DNA of 64,000 bases from Bdellovibrionales bacterium. Its GTDB lineage: Bacteria > Bdellovibrionota > Bdellovibrionia > Bdellovibrionales > UBA1609. Where the stretch lies: assembly GCA_965200875.1 (NCBI GenBank), contig OZ241456.1:544001-608000 (forward strand). Reading direction: 5' to 3'. Both the position numbers and the translations under genes were made by a program. Within the stretch, counting starts at the first letter, position 1, and every line of letters starts with the position of its first letter. The notes beneath the pieces were generated by a model, which ran no database searches, had not been told where the DNA came from, and saw only the letters and a list, made by a program, of their open reading frames with translations. Shown piece after piece: positions 57,726 through 64,000 of the stretch.

Positions 57726-60700
57726 ATGTTTATGATGTTTAAAATTAATTTGTGGATTTTATACGCAGTTTTTGTGTTTTTTCCTTTTACCGGGGTGTCA
57801 GCTGTTACGAAAAACGAGCCGAATGTATCCCCGCTTCAGCCTGAAATGTCATCAGAGGACACAGAAGGCAGAGCACCGGCAAATCGGCGAAAAAAAGTGA
57901 AAAAATTTGGAATCAAAAAAAGAGCAGTCGCTGTGCCCAAAGCCCGGAGGATTGAAAAAATTCAGCAGCGACAGGCTATCAAAGTGGCAGAACCACCTCG
58001 AAAGTTCAGAAGATATTTCGAAGCTGGAACAGATGAAGCGGAACTGGAATCAGTTATTAATCAGGAGATCAATCAGCTTTTTAATCTTTTAAAGAACAGT
58101 AAGCGCCGTGATCTGCGGTTGCGGTTAGGTAGTTTGTATATTGAAAAAGCTCGTTTAATTGAATATCGGTTGTATGAAAAATACGATCAACAAATGACTC
58201 ACTTTCAGAATAAAAAAAGAAAAAGCAAACCTCGTCTCAATTTAAGGCCCACTTATGTATATATTAATAAAGCCATTAAGCTGTTTGAAACTTATCGCAG
58301 ACAGTTTCCGAAAGATAAAAATATGGATCAGGTTTTATTTTTTTTAGGGGTCAGTTACTTTAAAAGGGGGCAACTGGAAAAAGGCCGTGTTCGGTATGAA
58401 ACTTTAATAAGAAGATTTCCAAAAAGTGATTATGTAAATGATGTGAACTTTGAACTGGGAGAGTATTACTTTAATAAATCCAAGTGGAAAAAAGCGACTG
58501 ATTATTATAGAAAGATAGCGTCCAGTCGCCGGCAAAGGCTTTATTCTTTTGCTCTTTATAAAGTGGCATGGTGTCGGCTGAAAATGGGACAGGAAGGGAG
58601 AGCACTGGCCAACTTGGAAGCTGTTATCAGAGAGGGCGCGCGCCACAGAACCAGAAAACAGATGGGTGCAGAAAGTTCTGGCCGGTTGTATTTTGCGAAT
58701 GAAGCTTTGGGAGATATGGCACTTTTCTACAGTCATTCCCGTAGAAAACCGGAGATGGCTTTGTCGTATTTTCAAAAAATGTCAGAAAGTTCTAGCAAAG
58801 CCCTTAAGATGCTAAAAGATTTGGCTTACATTTATTTGGATCGTGGTGATCTCAAAGGAGTGCGTATGGCCTTTAAACAGCTTATCAGGGAAGAGCCTTC
58901 TTCTCCACAGGCTTATGATTATCAATATCAGATTATTCGTGCTCATACTTACGCCGGAAGCCGGCAGGTTTTTTTAAAAGAATTGAAGCATTGGATAGTT
59001 CGATATGGTCCCATGAGTGCGTGGTCGCGGGAAAATCAAAACAATCCACAACTAGTCTCAAAAGCTGTTACTCTGATAGAGGAAACTGTTCGTAACTACG
59101 CTTTCCGCATGCACCAGTCCTATCGTAAAACCAAGGATAAAACAGCTAAAGGCCAAGCTCTTTTCAGTTATGATCTTTATAATAGTCATTTTCGGAAATC
59201 AAAATTGGCGGATAAAATGCGATTTTTTTACGCAGAATTACTTTTTGATTTAAAACAATACAAACGAGCGGCCAGACAATATCTTTTTGTCGTGGAGAAT
59301 TTTCCAAAGAGCAAACACTATGAAACAGCCAGTTTGAACAGTGTTTTGACTTTTGAAAAAACTCTCCCTTCTTCAAAAGCTATTAGCAAGTTAGTGGGAA
59401 AGAAAACCAGTTTCACATCTTTTCCTTCATCTGTTCAAGGTTTTCAAAAAGTGGTTCGTTCTTATGCCAGCCGTTTTCCAAAAAAGTCTAATGTACCAGC
59501 TATCTTATATAAGATGGCTTCTCTTCATTATGAGTTTAATCATTATAAACAGGCTTTATCTCAGTTTTGGGATTTGATTCAGAAGTATCCAACCAGCAGA
59601 TATACAGAATATTCCGCTAACCTGATTTTGGATATTTATAATCTGAAAAAGGACTTCCCAGGTTTAAGGCAGGCGGCTATTCGTTTATTGAAAAACAAAG
59701 TAGTTGCCAACTCAGGTTCCGCAAGGGAAATTAGGAAAATTTTAAGTCAGGTCTCCCTTAAAGCGGCTGAAGATCTGGCTAAAAACAAGGAGTATTTCAA
59801 AAGTGCTGTTATGTATAAGTCTTTCGCAGACACGCATCCCAAATCCCCATTACGAGGAACAGCTTACTATAATTCAGCTGTCAATTTTAAAAAGAGCGGG
59901 GATGCTTTGCAAACCCTTTCTCTTTATAAAAGAGTTTTGCAAACCCCATCTTCCAACAAGAGTATACGGAAGACAATTTTAAGGGATATTCCTAGTCTCT
60001 ATCAAAAAACCGGTCAGTACATGAAAGCGGCGGATGCCTTTTCCAATTACGCGCGCTCTTTTCCAAAAGATCGGACTTCTGTGGATTTCTGGTTTAACTC
60101 CGCGCTTATTTATGACGGATTTAATCGTTATGGTTCGGCAGAGCGGGCTTACTTGGAATATTTTAAGAGAAGTAGAAGAACAGAGAAAGTACAGGCTCTT
60201 TTTTTATTGGCGGAGCTTAATAAAAGAAGAGGACGAGCCAATCAAGCAGTGTCTTATTATAATCAATATCTCAACAGAGGTTCTTCTGATAAAAAAGCTC
60301 TGGTGTCTGCTACTTTCAAGATTGCTGAAATTAAAAAAGCGCAGAGGAAAATAGCGCAGTCCAAAACCTGGTATAAACGAACAATTGCCTTGTATAGGAA
60401 GAACAAAGCCGGTGTTTTTTACGCCGCTCAAGCCAAATTTCACCTTGTGTATGATACTTATGTTGAGTTTATCAAGATACGCATTCCGGCCAATCCTAAA
60501 AAACAACAGATAGTTGTTCAAAAGAAATTAAACTTGTTTAATAAACTTAAAGAAGATTTAAAAAAGGTTATCCGCTTTGACAGCGGTTATCAAGTGGTTG
60601 CCAGTTTGGTTTTAATTGGTTTGGCGTCTGAGCATATAGGGGATTCTATTTACAATTCACCTTTGCCCAAGGGTTTAAATGACATGGAAATCAAAAAGTA

Positions 60701-60926
60701 TAAGGAAGGCTTAAAAAAGACAGCTTTGCCTTTTAAACAGGAAGCGGTTAAAAACTATAAACTGGCTGTCAATAGAGCTAGGAAGCTGAGTGCTTATAAT
60801 GAAAAATGGTTGAAAAAATCTGTAGAGAGGCTAAGTGTTTTGGAGGAAAAGTCTTCCATTGCAGTTAATCCTCTTTTGAAAAAAGAAGTTTTACCAGTGA
60901 CTTTGTTTGATTGGTCCGGGGGATAA
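57726..60926 (+). CDS. Large TPR gliding motility protein (AgmU/GltD-like)
   Basis: Signal peptide, many TPRs, PLPKGL..YKEGL...A.PF C-terminus; operon context. Confidence 0.8.
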   Translation: MFMMFKINLWILYAVFVFFPFTGVSAVTKNEPNVSPLQPEMSSEDTEGRAPANRRKKVKKFGIKKRAVAVPKARRIEKIQQRQAIKVAEPPRKFRRYFEAGTDEAELESVINQEINQLFNLLKNSKRRDLRLRLGSLYIEKARLIEYRLYEKYDQQMTHFQNKKRKSKPRLNLRPTYVYINKAIKLFETYRRQFPKDKNMDQVLFFLGVSYFKRGQLEKGRVRYETLIRRFPKSDYVNDVNFELGEYYFNKSKWKKATDYYRKIASSRRQRLYSFALYKVAWCRLKMGQEGRALANLEAVIREGARHRTRKQMGAESSGRLYFANEALGDMALFYSHSRRKPEMALSYFQKMSESSSKALKMLKDLAYIYLDRGDLKGVRMAFKQLIREEPSSPQAYDYQYQIIRAHTYAGSRQVFLKELKHWIVRYGPMSAWSRENQNNPQLVSKAVTLIEETVRNYAFRMHQSYRKTKDKTAKGQALFSYDLYNSHFRKSKLADKMRFFYAELLFDLKQYKRAARQYLFVVENFPKSKHYETASLNSVLTFEKTLPSSKAISKLVGKKTSFTSFPSSVQGFQKVVRSYASRFPKKSNVPAILYKMASLHYEFNHYKQALSQFWDLIQKYPTSRYTEYSANLILDIYNLKKDFPGLRQAAIRLLKNKVVANSGSAREIRKILSQVSLKAAEDLAKNKEYFKSAVMYKSFADTHPKSPLRGTAYYNSAVNFKKSGDALQTLSLYKRVLQTPSSNKSIRKTILRDIPSLYQKTGQYMKAADAFSNYARSFPKDRTSVDFWFNSALIYDGFNRYGSAERAYLEYFKRSRRTEKVQALFLLAELNKRRGRANQAVSYYNQYLNRGSSDKKALVSATFKIAEIKKAQRKIAQSKTWYKRTIALYRKNKAGVFYAAQAKFHLVYDTYVEFIKIRIPANPKKQQIVVQKKLNLFNKLKEDLKKVIRFDSGYQVVASLVLIGLASEHIGDSIYNSPLPKGLNDMEIKKYKEGLKKTALPFKQEAVKNYKLAVNRARKLSAYNEKWLKKSVERLSVLEEKSSIAVNPLLKKEVLPVTLFDWSGG

Positions 60927-60941
60927 TATGGAGTATAAGAT

Positions 60942-61946
60942 ATGATGGATTTAATAACCCGCTATCGTATTCTTTGTTGTTTTGGTACGCATTTTGTTTG
61001 CAAGATGAGAATCATTACTTGTTTGTTTAAGAGTCGTGTAGTTTTTACTTGCTTGGCCGGATTGGCGATCTTGTTGATTTCTTTGAACCCTGTTTTTGCG
61101 GAGTTTGTGGATGATGATGAAATAGTTGTTGACGATAGAACAAGTAATCGCCGTGATAGCGGTGACGATGATGATGCAAAGGAGAATCGAGCGTATCGGG
61201 AACAGCAGAAAATGAAGCAATGGTTAAAACAGTTGCAGGCTCTCAAAAGAAGTAAAAAAGAGGATAGATTGGTCAGTCTGGTTTCTAAAATTTTAAACAA
61301 GTCTGCCAACAATATTCAGGCTTTAAATACTTTGGGGGTGTTTTATTTGCGGAATGGAAAAACCCAGCTTGCAAAAATTATTTTTACTCGTGCTTTAAAG
61401 AAACACCCAAAAAACTCCTCTTTGCACGCTAATTTGGCTATTATTGCTTTGAAAGAGGGGAAGCCGGAAGAAGCTGTAAAAGGGTTTCAAAAAAGTTTGG
61501 ACTACAGATATAACAATTATTCAGCAGCAGCTAACTTGGGAACTCTCTATATGAAAGCTTATGAGTATGATTCGGCTTTGGAGTACCTGAGTCTGGCATA
61601 CAGTAGAGCAAAACTGAAGTTATCTTTAAACCATCGTGAAGTGGTAAAGACAGGAAATAACTATGCTGTAGCCTTGGCTTGGTCTGGGAATTTTAAAAAA
61701 TCAGAAGATATTTTCGAGGAATTAATTAAAAAAAATCCTGGATCGGTAGAGCTTTTGTTAAACTATGCTATACTTTTAGGGAAAGATATGAAGAAAAGAG
61801 AGGAGTCCTATCGTTTTTTACAGAAAGCTGATATGATGGACAAATCAGGTCGTTACGCGCGAAAGATAAAAGCTTTGAGAGAACATTTAAAAAAAGGCAA
61901 CAAAGTGGCTAAACAGAAGTTTCTTTACTTGGCCCGTATTTATTAA
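60942..61946 (+). CDS. TPR protein (AglT/GltE-like)
   Basis: ALNTLGVFY, ANLAIIAL, AANLGTLY TPRs; operon position. Confidence 0.75.
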   Translation: MMDLITRYRILCCFGTHFVCKMRIITCLFKSRVVFTCLAGLAILLISLNPVFAEFVDDDEIVVDDRTSNRRDSGDDDDAKENRAYREQQKMKQWLKQLQALKRSKKEDRLVSLVSKILNKSANNIQALNTLGVFYLRNGKTQLAKIIFTRALKKHPKNSSLHANLAIIALKEGKPEEAVKGFQKSLDYRYNNYSAAANLGTLYMKAYEYDSALEYLSLAYSRAKLKLSLNHREVVKTGNNYAVALAWSGNFKKSEDIFEELIKKNPGSVELLLNYAILLGKDMKKREESYRFLQKADMMDKSGRYARKIKALREHLKKGNKVAKQKFLYLARIY

Positions 61947-61952
61947 AAGAAG

Positions 61953-62261
61953 ATGTGGAACATAAACATAGGAGCTTTCCTTATGAAAAAATGTAAGTCA
62001 TTGTTATATTGGTTATTAGGTGTCATTTTGCTTTCATCTTTATTTTGTATTTCCAGTATGGCTGAGGCTCAGCAAAAAAAGAAAAGAAAAAGAAGTAAAA
62101 GAGTAGTAATTGATTTTCAAGATGAGCTGTTGGAGGGAAGTGTGTCCAACCCCAGTATTTTTCATTTATTTCATAAAAAACAAATGAACTATGGACGATT
62201 AATAAAACTCAGAAAAAACTTTTTGCCAGAGATGAGAAGAACAGCACGCGAGATAAAATAA
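61953..62261 (+). CDS. Small exported gliding protein (GltF-like)
   Basis: IDFQDELLEG..NP...LIKLRKNFLPEM. Confidence 0.7.
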   Translation: MWNINIGAFLMKKCKSLLYWLLGVILLSSLFCISSMAEAQQKKKRKRSKRVVIDFQDELLEGSVSNPSIFHLFHKKQMNYGRLIKLRKNFLPEMRRTAREIK

Positions 62262-62377
62262 GTGTTTAGTTTAAGTGTAAAACAGATGGTTCTGCTGATC
62301 TTTTTAAGGCACTTCCTGTGTGTGGTTATGAAAATCAGAGCTTTCAATTTTGAAAAGTAAAAAAGAAAGAGGAAATT

Positions 62378-64000
62378 TTGCAACAACCTGTATTTTTAAA
62401 AGTATATCATTCAGGACAGCTGGTTGCTAACCGTCAATTTTTATCAGCTCAAGTCAGTATTGGAAGCAATCCTGATGGGCCTTCTTTGGTATTGGCTGAT
62501 TCCAGTGTTTATTTTTGGCATGCCTTAATTGAAAAAAGAGGCACTGATTATCATATTTCTGATCTGGGTTCTCCCACAGGAACTTTTGTTAATTCCAAAC
62601 CTGTTGTGGAGTCTTTGTTAAAACATGGAGATCAAATAAAAATTGGAGATTTTATAATCCAGTTTTTTATCAATGTGCCTTTTACCAAAGTTGGTCAAAA
62701 AATTGAAGGAACCACGCGCCAAAAAACTTCTGCTGTATCTTCTGAAAGGGCCTCTTTGCCGTCCGCACCCCCAGTGTCATCAGCTCCGCCCGCGCCCCCC
62801 GCTCCATCAGTTCCGGCTACGCCCCCAGTGTCATCAGTTCCGTCCGCGCCCCCATCATCCTCTCCACCGGAGTCGCCTGTGCCACTTTCTTCTGATCCAC
62901 TACCGGATTTAAAACAGGATATGCCTTCTGTACCACCTTCTTCCGAGAAAATATCAGCACCGCCGGAGTCGGTCGCGCCGTCCGTGCCACCATCAGTTCC
63001 GTCCGTGCCACCATCAGTTCCGCCTGCGTCACCAGTGTCATCAGTTCCGTCCGCGCCCCCATCAGTTCCGTCCGCGCCCCCAGTGTCATCAGTTCCGCCC
63101 GCGCCCCTTTCTTCTGATCCACTCCCGGATTTAAAACAGGATATGCCTTCTGTACCACCTTCTTCCGAGAAAATATCAGCTCCTCCGGAGTCGTCCGCTC
63201 CGCCCGCGCCCCCAGTGTCATCAGTTCCGTCCGCACCATCCGTTCCGTCCGCACCATCCGCCACCCCATCAGCTACACCCCCCCATTCTCCAAGAGATCT
63301 TGAGGGTTTAAAAATCCCTGATGAAGCTATAATCAGACCTTTAAAGAGATCGGAAAAACAGCAACAGAATATGGATAAAGAAACAGGTGTTAGTCCTTTG
63401 AAAAAGACAGAAGTTATTCCCTCATCTCCCGCTTCATCTGACAATAAAAGCAGTTCTTTTTACGAAACAGATGTAAAGCCAGTAAAATCGGATATTCCAA
63501 ATATTTCTCCAAAACAGAAAGTTCACGGGGTTTATGCTCCTAAAAGTGCAATTCAGAATTTAGATAAAAATATTCCCACCGGAAGTGGTCCTGTTGTGGA
63601 AGTCACTGTGGCCTGGAAAGAGAGGATTCTTTCCATGCACCACTTTAAAGATAACAATCAAACTGTTACTTTTGGTTCTCATTCCAGAGCAAAAATCTTT
63701 TGCCCAAACCTTCTGGGTAAACCAAGTTACAACTTGTTAAAAACAGGACAAGGAGCTTGTGTTTATTTATCTGATGGGGTTAAAGCTAGTGTGATAGATC
63801 ATAAAGGGGTTAAACATCCTTTTGAAAAATTAGTGGAAAAAGGGCTTGTGACGACTCAAGGTGCTGAACAGGTTCTTTCTTTAAATCAAAACCAACTTGT
63901 TCGTATGGACTTTTCTCCTTCTCTGTCTGTTTATGTTCGTTATTCAAATCGGGAGCAAACAGCCACACTTGCTGGTCTGTTTGATTTTAACTTTTCAGAA
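62378..64000 (+). CDS. FHA-domain, Pro-rich gliding protein (GltG/AgmX/PglI-like), 3'-partial; absent from the ORF track
   Basis: TTG at 62378 after an AGAGGA RBS; HALIEKR..ISDLGSPTGTFVN..LKHGDQIKIG FHA motif; appears open to the window end. Confidence 0.85.
   Translation, partial: MQQPVFLKVYHSGQLVANRQFLSAQVSIGSNPDGPSLVLADSSVYFWHALIEKRGTDYHISDLGSPTGTFVNSKPVVESLLKHGDQIKIGDFIIQFFINVPFTKVGQKIEGTTRQKTSAVSSERASLPSAPPVSSAPPAPPAPSVPATPPVSSVPSAPPSSSPPESPVPLSSDPLPDLKQDMPSVPPSSEKISAPPESVAPSVPPSVPSVPPSVPPASPVSSVPSAPPSVPSAPPVSSVPPAPLSSDPLPDLKQDMPSVPPSSEKISAPPESSAPPAPPVSSVPSAPSVPSAPSATPSATPPHSPRDLEGLKIPDEAIIRPLKRSEKQQQNMDKETGVSPLKKTEVIPSSPASSDNKSSSFYETDVKPVKSDIPNISPKQKVHGVYAPKSAIQNLDKNIPTGSGPVVEVTVAWKERILSMHHFKDNNQTVTFGSHSRAKIFCPNLLGKPSYNLLKTGQGACVYLSDGVKASVIDHKGVKHPFEKLVEKGLVTTQGAEQVLSLNQNQLVRMDFSPSLSVYVRYSNREQTATLAGLFDFNFSE
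62755..63285 (+). repeat. GC-rich coding Pro/Ser low-complexity repeats with a 222-bp-spaced duplication
   Basis: TCAGTTCCGTCCGCGCCCCC-type units; CTTTCTTCTGATCCACT...GAGAAAATATCAGC block at 62885 and 63107. Confidence 0.85.

Noticed and set aside
62695..63444. Gly/Asp-rich 249-aa and ARTELM-repeat 150-aa minus-strand ORFs
   Set aside because: Antisense shadows of the Pro/Ser repeats in the GltG-like gene

Overview
AT-rich bacterial chromosome segment. Gene content (Glt/Agm-type gliding operon, Tad pilin-like genes, FabMG, TamAB, many Cys-rich secreted proteins) suggests a Bdellovibrionota genome; this is an inference. Housekeeping blocks are folD-gcvT-hppA, fabMG/rny/pyrE, tamAB-efp, ruvCA...ruvB-ald, 2-oxoacid dehydrogenase E1 and the gliding operon. 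They are interrupted by accessory islands at about 11-26 kb and 36.7-51.7 kb. These islands hold four Rpn (PD-(D/E)XK) genes, each with an internal RBS+ATG for an RpnS-type small protein, a signal-peptide-bearing SF2 helicase with six C-terminal repeats, an AAA-ATPase plus partner gene pair, and a head-to-head broken methyltransferase/PLD-SNF2 helicase pair. The most unusual signal is that the 'intergenic' DNA in the islands is a patchwork of 24-210 bp pieces of other accessory genes. The pieces are sometimes fused in frame, lie next to Rpn genes or include an Rpn piece, and in two cases follow a re-started copy of the RpnS 5' end. No rRNA, tRNA or CRISPR array was recognised. All alignments were done by eye and family assignments come from remembered motifs, not database searches.
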